Of a DNA stretch of 10,625 nucleotides, positions 1 through 7,473 are shown one piece after another. Where the stretch lies: assembly GCA_050331735.1 (NCBI GenBank), contig JBHJGN010000010.1:1-10625 (forward strand), written 5' to 3'. How positions within the stretch are numbered: the first letter of the stretch is position 1; each line of letters starts with the position of its first letter. The DNA is from Cyanophyceae cyanobacterium (GTDB taxonomy: Bacteria > Cyanobacteriota > Cyanobacteriia > Cyanobacteriales > JBHJGN01). A model generated the notes under the pieces. The model was not told the origin of the DNA. It ran no database searches and saw nothing but the letters and a program-made list of their open reading frames with translations. The position numbers and the translations under genes are program-made.

Positions 1-175
1 CTACGACTTCGTCTCCCAGGAGATCCGGGCGGCAGAAGACCCGGAGTTTGAGACGTTCTACACCAAGAACATCCTGCTCAACGAGGGCTTGAGAGCCTGG
101 ATGGCTCCTCAAGACCAACCCCACCAGAAGTTTGAATTTCCAGAGGAGGTACTCCCCCGTGGTAACGCTCTCTAA
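1..175 (+). CDS. psbD: Photosystem II D2 protein, 3' end only (truncated by window start)
   Basis: The frame starting at position 2 reads [57 protein letters not shown], the D2 C-terminus, with TAA at 173-175. Not in the ORF track. Overlaps psbC as in the psbDC operon. Confidence 0.98.
   Translation, partial: YDFVSQEIRAAEDPEFETFYTKNILLNEGLRAWMAPQDQPHQKFEFPEEVLPRGNAL
143..149 (+). promoter_or_regulatory. Shine-Dalgarno site for psbC embedded in the psbD coding sequence
   Basis: GAGGAGG at 143-149, 9 nt upstream of the GTG at 159. Confidence 0.8.
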
Positions 176-1547
176 TAACGTTATTCCCGCTACAGGCGGT
201 CGCGACTTAGACTCAACGGGCTTTGCCTGGTGGTCTGGTAACGCTCGTCTGATCAATTTATCCGGTAAGCTTTTGGGTGCTCACGTCGCTCATGCTGGTC
301 TGATCGTTTTCTGGGCTGGCGCGATGACTCTCTTTGAGGTTGCCCACTTTATTCCTGAAAAGCCCATGTACGAACAGGGCTTAATCCTTCTGCCTCACCT
401 CGCGACCCTCGGTTGGGGTGTCGGTCCTGGAGGGGAAGTGATCAACACCTTCCCATACTTCGTTGTCGGTGTTCTTCACCTCATTTCCTCTGCCGTTCTT
501 GGCTTTGGCGGAATTTATCACGCCGTTCGCGGTCCAGAAACTTTAGAAGAGTATTCCAGCTTCTTTGGTTACGACTGGAAAGACAAGGACAAGATGACCA
601 CCATTTTAGGTTTCCACCTGATTATTTTAGGGATTGGAGCCTTTCTGCTGGTGCTTAAAGCTATGTTCTTTGGCGGTGTCTACGATACTTGGGCCCCCGG
701 TGGTGGAGATGTCCGTGTTATCACGAATCCAACCCTCAATCCGGCTGTCATCTTCGGCTATCTGTTCAAGGCTCCCTTCGGTGGAGAAGGCTGGGTAATC
801 AGCGTCGATAACATGGAAGATATTATCGGTGGACATATCTGGGTTGGCTTAATCTGCATTTTTGGGGGAGTGTTCCACGTTCTGACCAAGCCTTTTGGTT
901 GGGCTCGTCGGGCCTTCATCTGGTCTGGAGAAGCTTACCTATCCTATAGCTTGGGAGCCTTATCCTTGATGGGCTTTATTGCTTCTACCATCGTCTGGTA
1001 CAACAACACAGCCTATCCCAGCGAATTTTATGGACCAACAGCAGCAGAAGCGTCTCAGGCTCAGGCTTTAACCTTCCTGATTCGCGACCAGCGCTTAGGG
1101 GCTAACGTTGGTTCTGCTCAGGGGCCGACTGGTCTGGGTAAATACTTGATGCGCTCTCCGACTGGCGAAATCATCTTTGGTGGTGAAACCATGCGTTTCT
1201 GGGACTTCCGTGGTCCTTGGTTAGAGCCTCTGCGCGGTCCCAACGGTCTTGACCTCGACAAGATCAGAAACGATATTCAGCCGTGGCAGGCTCGTCGCGC
1301 TGCTGAGTACATGACTCACGCTCCTTTGGGTTCCTTGAACTCTGTTGGTGGCGTTGCTACGGAGATCAACTCTTTTAACTACGTTTCTCCCCGTGCTTGG
1401 CTAGCAACCTCTCACTTCGTGTTAGCCTTCTTCTTCCTCGTTGGTCACCTGTGGCACGCTGGTCGTGCGCGGGCGGCAGTCGCTGGATTTGAAAAAGGTA
1501 TCAATCGTGAGACCGAGCCTGTACTCTCGATGCCAGAACTCGACTAA
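159..1547 (+). CDS. psbC: Photosystem II CP43 core antenna protein (462 aa)
   Basis: [27 protein letters not shown] and the large lumenal loop [29 protein letters not shown], which includes the Mn-cluster residues E354/R357. The real start is the conserved GTG at 159 (VTLS...), overlapping psbD by 17 bp, rather than the TTG at 132 given in the track. Confidence 0.99.
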   Translation: MVTLSNNVIPATGGRDLDSTGFAWWSGNARLINLSGKLLGAHVAHAGLIVFWAGAMTLFEVAHFIPEKPMYEQGLILLPHLATLGWGVGPGGEVINTFPYFVVGVLHLISSAVLGFGGIYHAVRGPETLEEYSSFFGYDWKDKDKMTTILGFHLIILGIGAFLLVLKAMFFGGVYDTWAPGGGDVRVITNPTLNPAVIFGYLFKAPFGGEGWVISVDNMEDIIGGHIWVGLICIFGGVFHVLTKPFGWARRAFIWSGEAYLSYSLGALSLMGFIASTIVWYNNTAYPSEFYGPTAAEASQAQALTFLIRDQRLGANVGSAQGPTGLGKYLMRSPTGEIIFGGETMRFWDFRGPWLEPLRGPNGLDLDKIRNDIQPWQARRAAEYMTHAPLGSLNSVGGVATEINSFNYVSPRAWLATSHFVLAFFFLVGHLWHAGRARAAVAGFEKGINRETEPVLSMPELD

Positions 1548-1572
1548 TCAAGCTAGGCGGTTTTAAAAGGCG

Positions 1573-1601
1573 AGGCTTCCACTCGAAGGTGGAAGCCTTT
1601 T
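1573..1601 (+). terminator. Rho-independent terminator of psbDC
   Basis: Perfect 10-bp stem AGGCTTCCAC (1573-1582) / GTGGAAGCCT (1589-1598), 6-nt loop, then a short T run, about 25 nt after the psbC stop. Confidence 0.8.
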
Positions 1602-1835
1602 GCATGGGGCTAGATACTTAGGTGACTAGTGTGTTTCTATCCAAGCCGAGGGGCTAATTTGAGCGGCGTTCATGCCAGTCATCCTCCTTGAGATCTTGTC
1701 AGGATCGGTAACTAATAAGTTAAGCTGAAGTATTGCGTGACCAGCTTGACCTCGGCTCGCTGGCTTGGCGATCGCTAACACTAGCCGAAAAGCTGGTGGT
1801 CATTGCTGAAAGTTCCATTAAGAAACAATAAATTA

Positions 1836-2504
1836 ATGAGTCAACCCAGTTTAGAAGAAATTTCGACGAAGTTAGAAAGCGCCAATTCCGGTGATCGCAT
1901 GGTGGCCCTCGCGTCTTTGAGGCAAGTGCCAGCGGAAGAAGCCGTGCCTTTAATTAAAAAAGTTTTAGATGACGAAGTGCTTCAGGTTCGTTCGATGGCG
2001 GTGTTTGCGTTAGGAGTGAAGCAGACCGACGAATGCTACCCCATCTTGGTGAAGCTATTGGAAACTGACCCAGATTACGGGATTCGTGCTGATGCGGCAG
2101 GAGCGTTAGGATACTTAGAGGATCAAAGAGCCTTTGAGCCGCTGGTGCGGGCTTTCTATGAGGACACTGAATGGTTAGTGCGCTTTAGCGCCGCTGTTGC
2201 TTTAGGGAACCTGAAAGACGAACGAGCGATGGAAACTCTACTGAAGGCTCTTGAAAGCGATGAAGTCGTGCTTCAGCAGGCGGCGATCGCGGCGATTGGA
2301 GAAATTAAAGCCGTTGCTGCCGTTGACGACATTTTACGCTTTGCGCAATCAGAAGACTGGCTCATTCGACAGCGATTAGCCGAAGCTTTGGGTCATCTCA
2401 ACACCGAAAAAAGTGTCTCGGCGCTCAGGTTCTTAGCTAAAGATAGTCATCCTCATGTAAGAGAGGCCGCAACCGTTTCTTTGCAGCGCCTAGAAAACGC
2501 TTAG
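1836..2504 (+). CDS. HEAT-repeat (PBS lyase / CpcE-F-like) protein, NblB-related, 222 aa
   Basis: Tandem HEAT motifs (VRSMAVFALG, IRADAAGALGYL, VRFSAAVALGNL, IRQRLAEALGHL, VREAATVSL). The ATG at 1836, after an A/T-rich leader, is more likely than the TTG at 1803. It lies directly upstream of a CpcS/U lyase gene, an arrangement I recall from other cyanobacteria. Confidence 0.88.
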   Translation: MSQPSLEEISTKLESANSGDRMVALASLRQVPAEEAVPLIKKVLDDEVLQVRSMAVFALGVKQTDECYPILVKLLETDPDYGIRADAAGALGYLEDQRAFEPLVRAFYEDTEWLVRFSAAVALGNLKDERAMETLLKALESDEVVLQQAAIAAIGEIKAVAAVDDILRFAQSEDWLIRQRLAEALGHLNTEKSVSALRFLAKDSHPHVREAATVSLQRLENA

Positions 2505-2537
2505 ATTGAGGTCAAGCCAAAAATTATTTCAATAGTA

Positions 2538-3053
2538 ATGAATATTCAGGAATTTATCGCGCAGTGTGAGGGCAATTGGTTTGCTCAGCGTACTGACTAC
2601 TCGATCGCGCAGGACAAGTTTGCTAATAATCAGACGCTTTTGAGCATCAACGTTTTTTCCTCAGAACACCCCGAGCTCCAGAAACTTTGCCAAAAGCATC
2701 ACATCAGCGGCAGTATTATTGGCATGGAAACAAGTTGGGCGGAGTCTGGACAGAAATTGCCAAAAAGCTCGACTATCGTCGTTTTTACGGCTGATAACCC
2801 AACCCATCATCAGGGCAACCTGGTTCAGATTCCCAAGACCGATAGCCCCATAAACGGTCGCTACTGCTTAGGGGACGACGAGGCATTGACTCTGACGCTC
2901 ACTGAGGGGGCTACCTCTTATACAGAAAGACTGTGGTTTGCCAGTCCCAATCTGCGACTGCGCACCAGTTTGTTCATGTGCGAAGACGGAGTTAGCACCA
3001 CGTCGTTCTATTCAGAAATTCGTAAACTGCCGCCTAAGCCTGCTCCCGGTTGA
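2538..3053 (+). CDS. cpcU: CpcS/CpeS-family phycobiliprotein lyase, CpcU-like subunit
   Basis: N-terminal EFIAQCEGNWFAQRT, then EHPEL, GRYCLGDDEALTL, ERLWFASPNLRLRTS and SFYSEIR. The WFAQRTxY and FYSEIR variants, and the absence of the CpcS-type HHLAF and REMGYAE motifs, point to CpcU. Family assignment is more certain than the subtype. Confidence 0.8.
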   Translation: MNIQEFIAQCEGNWFAQRTDYSIAQDKFANNQTLLSINVFSSEHPELQKLCQKHHISGSIIGMETSWAESGQKLPKSSTIVVFTADNPTHHQGNLVQIPKTDSPINGRYCLGDDEALTLTLTEGATSYTERLWFASPNLRLRTSLFMCEDGVSTTSFYSEIRKLPPKPAPG

Positions 3054-3318
3054 CCTTTTACTAGCGGTGTTAGGGCAACAAGTTAGGATGGTTGTTGCTA
3101 AAAAAGCTCATCAATGTGATATAAATGACAAGGCTCTTAAGAGCCTCTGAAATTCAAGAAAACTAAGCAAGAGGTACTTTTCCAGTACTGCTAACACTGA
3201 GTCTTAGCTTCATTTCAGCGCATGGCAATCTTGCTGTGAGCCTCTGATGAGGCGGGCAAGTATTTTTTTTGCCTGTTTTCGTCAGCATAGCGCTATTCAT
3301 TTCTGTAGAAATTAACTT

Positions 3319-4341
3319 ATGACTGCAACGACGGAAAAGTTGACCCCTGTTAGTTCTTTAGCTCGCACCGACCTGCAACTCAAAGATATTGTCAAAACTC
3401 TGCCGCGAGAGTGTTTTCAAAAAAACCGCCGCAAGGCTTGGCTCTCGGCCTGTTTCAGCCTATTCGCTGTCCTTCTGGGATACGCTGGTATTATTTATCT
3501 TCCTTGGTTTCTCTTACCCCTTACCTGGATTTTTACAGGAACCGCTCTGACTGGGTGCTTTGTAATCGCCCACGATTGCGGACATCGCTCTTTTGCTAAA
3601 CGCCGTTGGGTTAATGATTGGGTCGGACATCTGTTTATGCTGCCGCTTCTCTATCCCTTTCATAGCTGGCGGATCATGCACAACAAGCATCACGTCCATA
3701 CCAATAAGCTGTATGTCGATAATGCTTGGCATCCCTGGACCCCAGAGAACTATGCTCAGGCTAGTTCTCTGGTGCGAGGCTTCTACCGAATTTTTCGAGG
3801 ATACTTTTGGTGGCTATCTTCGATTGTCCACTGGGCTATGCTGCATTTTAACCTCTCTCTTTTTTCTCAGCGCGAACGGAACCAGGTCAAACTATCTATT
3901 GCTGCTGTCGCTATTTTTGCCGCGGTTTGCTGGCCAACTCTGCTAGCCACATCTGGGGTATGGGGAGTTGTCAAGTTTTGGCTAGTTCCGTGGTTAGTGT
4001 ATCATTTCTGGATGAGTACATTCACCCTCGTACATCACACCGCTCCCAATATTCAGTTTCGTCCTGCTGAAACCTGGAATGCCGTAGAAGCACAGCTATA
4101 TGGTACAGTTCACTGTCGCTATCCTCGCTGGGTAGAAATTTTGTGCCACGACATCAATGTACACATTCCACATCATATCTCGGTAGCGGTTCCGGCCTAC
4201 AATTTACGGATGGCTCACGAAAGTCTGCGACAGCACTGGGGCGATCATCTCCAAGAGCGACAGTTTTCCTGGAGCTTAATCAGAGAAATTGTTCAGGAAT
4301 GCCATCTCTACGACGCAGAAAACGCCTACACAGCTTTTTAA
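3319..4341 (+). CDS. desA: Delta-12 acyl-lipid (omega-6) fatty acid desaturase
   Basis: Three His boxes (HDCGH, HNKHH, HIPHH) plus [34 protein letters not shown] and [21 protein letters not shown], all typical of cyanobacterial DesA. Confidence 0.93.
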   Translation: MTATTEKLTPVSSLARTDLQLKDIVKTLPRECFQKNRRKAWLSACFSLFAVLLGYAGIIYLPWFLLPLTWIFTGTALTGCFVIAHDCGHRSFAKRRWVNDWVGHLFMLPLLYPFHSWRIMHNKHHVHTNKLYVDNAWHPWTPENYAQASSLVRGFYRIFRGYFWWLSSIVHWAMLHFNLSLFSQRERNQVKLSIAAVAIFAAVCWPTLLATSGVWGVVKFWLVPWLVYHFWMSTFTLVHHTAPNIQFRPAETWNAVEAQLYGTVHCRYPRWVEILCHDINVHIPHHISVAVPAYNLRMAHESLRQHWGDHLQERQFSWSLIREIVQECHLYDAENAYTAF

Positions 4342-4497
4342 GTCCCTAGCGGGACGGGGAAAGAGGATATTGTCCCTGACGGGACGGGGCAAGAACACAG
4401 GGCTGAGGAACAAGCTAACCCAACCCCCCCTTTTCCCGTTGCGGAGCAACTTTTTCCCCGTGCCGCAGGCACTTCCCTTTCTCCAGCGCGGAGCGCT
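4342..4497. repeat. Cluster of five 5-bp mini-hairpins with purine/pyrimidine spacers between convergent genes
   Basis: GTCCC-tagc-GGGAC (4342-4355), GTCCC-tgac-GGGAC (4372-4385), GTTGC-gga-GCAAC (4438-4450), GTGCC-gca-GGCAC (4460-4472) and AGCGC-gga-GCGCT (4485-4497). Confidence 0.85.
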
Positions 4498-5800
4498 AAT
4501 ATTTGCCTTTGAATCGTTCTTTGGCAGTTTGAAATGCTTCCTGCATGACTTGCTGAATTTTTTGGGGATCGGGTTGTTTTCCTCCCATAAGATCGCCAAA
4601 GTAAACGCAGGCTCCTTCTCCAAGCGCCCAGGTATAGGCGGCTGCCCAGGAAGCAGCGATCGCACTGCCCAGTCCAGGCACCACTTTAATCAGTTCTCGG
4701 CCAATCGCCTGAGCTAAGAAGCCTCCGGCGATCGCGCTCACGACTCCTCCTGCCTGAGACGGAGATAAAGTTTGTCCATAGAGCTTGCCGAGTAAACCCA
4801 CAAGCGAAACCTGTAGGGCCGTCAGCACCGGCATCGTTGCTAAGGGGAGAGGAACTGCTGCCAGCGTCGCTGCCATGACGGAGAAGGCTCCAATATAGCG
4901 CCGTCCGACATCGCGATAGAGATCGCCTAACTCTTGCCCGACATCCTCTGCCAGTAACCGATGAATCGTCCGGGCTTCTGCTTCGGGCAGGAGGTCTGCT
5001 AAGGCATCCGTTAAGGCTTCTAAGCCGTAAAACACCGGGGTGTAGCCATCCTCCTCGAGAGTAAAATCGACGAGCACCGCGCGATCGTACAGGTCTGCGA
5101 AATCTTTCTGGATCGTGCTGAAGGCTCGCTCGACTGCCACCGCAGTGGGAGGATAGGAAGGATGATCGCTCACGGTGGCTGGATAGACCTCGTGGAGACA
5201 GGTCACTACCAACAAACAGGGAATCTCCGGATAAGAGTCGCGCAACTGCTGAGCCACCTGTCGCAGAGCATCGGTGGCAAAATCGTTAACCTTGACAGTC
5301 AAAATCAGCACTCGCGCACCGCAGCTAGGCTGTTGCAGATCGCTACTAAGTTCCTCAATAATGGCCTGGGTGTTCTGGTGAACGTCCCCTAGTCCTACGG
5401 TATCTGTGAAAATGAGCAGAGGAAGCTCGCTAGATGGGTAAGCATAGCGCTCGGTGTGCTGCGTATGGGGACGGTATCCCTGCCCGACAATTTCGGCAGA
5501 TACGCCCGTTAACCCTCGGACGATGGAGCTTTTGCCAGCTTGTGGTTTTCCAACTAACAAAGCTTCTGTTGTCGGCAACTGAGAGCGAACGGTCGCTAAA
5601 ATTTCTGCCACCTGGGCTTCATCGACGTTAAACCACTGCACGGCTCTATGAGCCGACTCAACCGGGCGCAGGTTTTTCAGGCGACCGGCGGTGTGAGTCC
5701 AAATTCTCACCAGGCGGCTTTTCCAGCCTACGTTGATATTCTGGTCGGAGTCGGAGCGCTGAGAATTTGCTGGCGGGACAGCATCGCGTTGCTTGGTCAT
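4496..5800 (-). CDS. P-loop GTPase with a C-terminal YcjF/DUF697-like hydrophobic domain
   Basis: G1 motif GKPQAGKS, G2 Thr (PHTQHT) and G3 DTVG. The C-terminal region AATLAAVPLPLATMPVLTALQ...GRELIKVVPGLGSAIAASWAAAYTWALG is typical of DUF697. Confidence 0.85.
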   Translation of the reverse strand: MTKQRDAVPPANSQRSDSDQNINVGWKSRLVRIWTHTAGRLKNLRPVESAHRAVQWFNVDEAQVAEILATVRSQLPTTEALLVGKPQAGKSSIVRGLTGVSAEIVGQGYRPHTQHTERYAYPSSELPLLIFTDTVGLGDVHQNTQAIIEELSSDLQQPSCGARVLILTVKVNDFATDALRQVAQQLRDSYPEIPCLLVVTCLHEVYPATVSDHPSYPPTAVAVERAFSTIQKDFADLYDRAVLVDFTLEEDGYTPVFYGLEALTDALADLLPEAEARTIHRLLAEDVGQELGDLYRDVGRRYIGAFSVMAATLAAVPLPLATMPVLTALQVSLVGLLGKLYGQTLSPSQAGGVVSAIAGGFLAQAIGRELIKVVPGLGSAIAASWAAAYTWALGEGACVYFGDLMGGKQPDPQKIQQVMQEAFQTAKERFKGKY

Positions 5801-6019
5801 GCGATCTTAACAGGTAGCTGAGCGCTAAATTGTGCTGAACAGAATGACAGGCTAGAGGACAGAGCCACCTACCATTTTAATCACTCGTACAGGCCCCCAG
5901 CCAGCCAACAGAATCTCGGCCAGCATTCTTAGAGCGAATTTTTTGAGAACCGGAATCGGAGGATGAAGCTGACCGCAAAACTAGCTAACATATTTGCAGA
6001 GCCTCACGACAGCTAACCT

Positions 6020-6493
6020 GTGATTCAAACCATTTTTATTGTGCTAGGAGCCGCTCCGTTCTCAGCGGGGGGGGCTGACTGTTCGCTGTTATCCTCCGCT
6101 CCCCCAGTGGTAGAGCCTTCGCCGGACCGAGTGATGAGCTTACTCCAGCAGGGACGCACACAGCACCGTCTCGGGGAGCTAGAGGCAGCGATCGCCTCCT
6201 ACAGCCGCGCCATTGAACTGGCCCCCGATTTGCCGCTAGCCTACGTTCTCAGGGGCAGAGCCCGTTTTCTGCTAGAAGACTATAGAGGAGCCGTAGACGA
6301 TCAAAGCCGCGCTATCGAGCTGAAGCCGAATTTCGCCGAAGCCTATGGCAGTCGCGGTGTAGCCCGCTATCGGCTCGGTAACTCCCAGCAAGCCATTGAA
6401 GATCTCTGGCAAGCGGCCAATCTGTTTCAGGAGCAAGGCAATCAACAGGGATACGCCGAAACAATTATGACAATCAAACGGCTTGCTCCTTAG
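6020..6493 (+). CDS. Small tetratricopeptide-repeat protein (about 3 TPRs), possibly exported
   Basis: TPR consensus segments: AAIASYSRAIELAPDLPLAYVLRGRA, GAVDDQSRAIELKPNFAEAYGSRGVARYRLG and QAIEDLWQAANLF. The N-terminus is hydrophobic. The GTG start is uncertain. Confidence 0.85.
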   Translation: MIQTIFIVLGAAPFSAGGADCSLLSSAPPVVEPSPDRVMSLLQQGRTQHRLGELEAAIASYSRAIELAPDLPLAYVLRGRARFLLEDYRGAVDDQSRAIELKPNFAEAYGSRGVARYRLGNSQQAIEDLWQAANLFQEQGNQQGYAETIMTIKRLAP

Positions 6494-6612
6494 AAGTTGA
6501 ACCGTGCTCTTTTCTGCTTCTCTATAGATAGAAAGAGGACAAACGTGAATTTATTGCCTCCAATAGAAAAAACGGAAAAAGTACACCTTTGAACAATACG
6601 GAGGTTCAAGCT

Positions 6613-7410
6613 ATGCTTAACAATCGCTTAAAACGAGGGGCCGCGATCGCTGTTGTTTTATCCGGCGTTGTACTCCCCCTCAACCGCCACCTCTCTTCTC
6701 AAGCTCAAGAGGTCGAGACCAATACCACCGTAGAAGACGTTGAAGACAACCTCAATCAGCTACTCGGTGAGACAGTGACCGTGAGAGGTGCCGTTGAAGA
6801 TATCGAGTCTGGAGCGTCTTTTACAATTAAAGACGAAGATTTCTTCGGTCTGATTGATGATGCAGAAGTTTTGGTGATTAATCGCACAGGAGCGCTGCTG
6901 CCCATCCGACCGAGTGACGACATTGAGCTTCAGGTGACTGGTGAGGTTGGTCAACTCGTCTTAGCTGAAGTTGAAGCATTTGGTTTAGTTTCTCCAGAGC
7001 TTTACGCTGAGTATGAAAACCAACCCGTTATTTTTGCCGAGTCTGTTGCCCTCTCTCCTTCCCCGGATGAAATTTTTGATAACCCGGAAAGCTACTATTA
7101 CCGCTCAGTCGCTGTTAAAGGAGAGGTCGAAAATCTCATTGGGACTAATGCCTTTACCATTGAAGACGACGAAATTACCGACGAGGTCATTGGCAGTGAA
7201 GATCTGCTGGTGATTAACGTTGCCTCCAATCAAGGTCTTGAAGGCGATCAGGGAGTCATTGTCACGGGAACCGTGCGTCCTTTTGTCGTTGCCGACTTTG
7301 AGCGTGATTACGGTCTGTCTTTTGATGAGGGATTGCGCAGTGAGCTAGAAGTCAACTATACAAACCGACCCGTGATTGTTACGACGGGAGTGTATCCTCT
7401 TCAAGAGTAA
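6613..7410 (+). CDS. Secreted acidic hypothetical protein with two tandem homologous domains (265 aa)
   Basis: GGAGG at 6600-6604 precedes the ATG at 6613, which I prefer over the TTG at 6589. Sec-type signal peptide MLNNRLKRGAAIAVVLSGVVL...SQA/QE. Internal duplication of about 110 aa. Confidence 0.8.
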   Translation: MLNNRLKRGAAIAVVLSGVVLPLNRHLSSQAQEVETNTTVEDVEDNLNQLLGETVTVRGAVEDIESGASFTIKDEDFFGLIDDAEVLVINRTGALLPIRPSDDIELQVTGEVGQLVLAEVEAFGLVSPELYAEYENQPVIFAESVALSPSPDEIFDNPESYYYRSVAVKGEVENLIGTNAFTIEDDEITDEVIGSEDLLVINVASNQGLEGDQGVIVTGTVRPFVVADFERDYGLSFDEGLRSELEVNYTNRPVIVTTGVYPLQE

Positions 7411-7429
7411 TTAGTACGGTTTTCAGCAG

Positions 7430-7461
7430 CGGGAGGCCGCATCAGTCGATACCGCCTCCCG
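7430..7461. terminator. Hairpin between convergent genes, possible bidirectional terminator or 3'-end stabiliser
   Basis: CGGGAGGC (7430-7437) / GCCTCCCG (7454-7461) with an inner ATC/GAT stem. There is no U-tract on either side. Confidence 0.5.
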
Positions 7462-7473
7462 AGTCGATTGCTC

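Noticed and set aside
132..158. TTG start for psbC given in the ORF track
   Set aside because: The conserved psbC start is the GTG at 159 with GAGGAGG upstream. Positions 132-158 are psbD coding sequence.
159..1547. IsiA/Pcb or far-red-light CP43 variant
   Set aside because: The large lumenal E-loop with GETMRFWD is present, the gene overlaps psbD, and there are no far-red cluster genes (apc, rfp) nearby.
3174..3188. NtcA or LexA box upstream of desA (GTACTTTTCCAGTAC)
   Set aside because: The spacing is GTA-N9-TAC rather than N8, and the GTAC half-sites are 7 nt apart, which does not match the cyanobacterial LexA box.
3244..3290. Hammerhead ribozyme suggested by CTGATGAG
   Set aside because: There is no GAAA after the putative stem II and no stem III or cleavage triplet. 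The CTGATGA is itself base-paired in the hairpin.
4342..4394. Mini CRISPR array
   Set aside because: Only two 23-nt imperfect repeats with a 7-nt gap, and no cas genes.
4276..4717. ORFs 4276..4665 (-) and 4289..4717 (+) spanning the repeat region
   Set aside because: They overlap desA and the GTPase and translate low-complexity hairpin repeats, with no recognisable protein features.
5963..6016. 17-codon ORF (MKLTAKLANIFAEPHDS) in frame with the TPR gene, as a possible uORF or premature stop
   Set aside because: GGAGG directly abuts the ATG with no usable spacing, and the peptide has no recognisable features, so it is likely chance.
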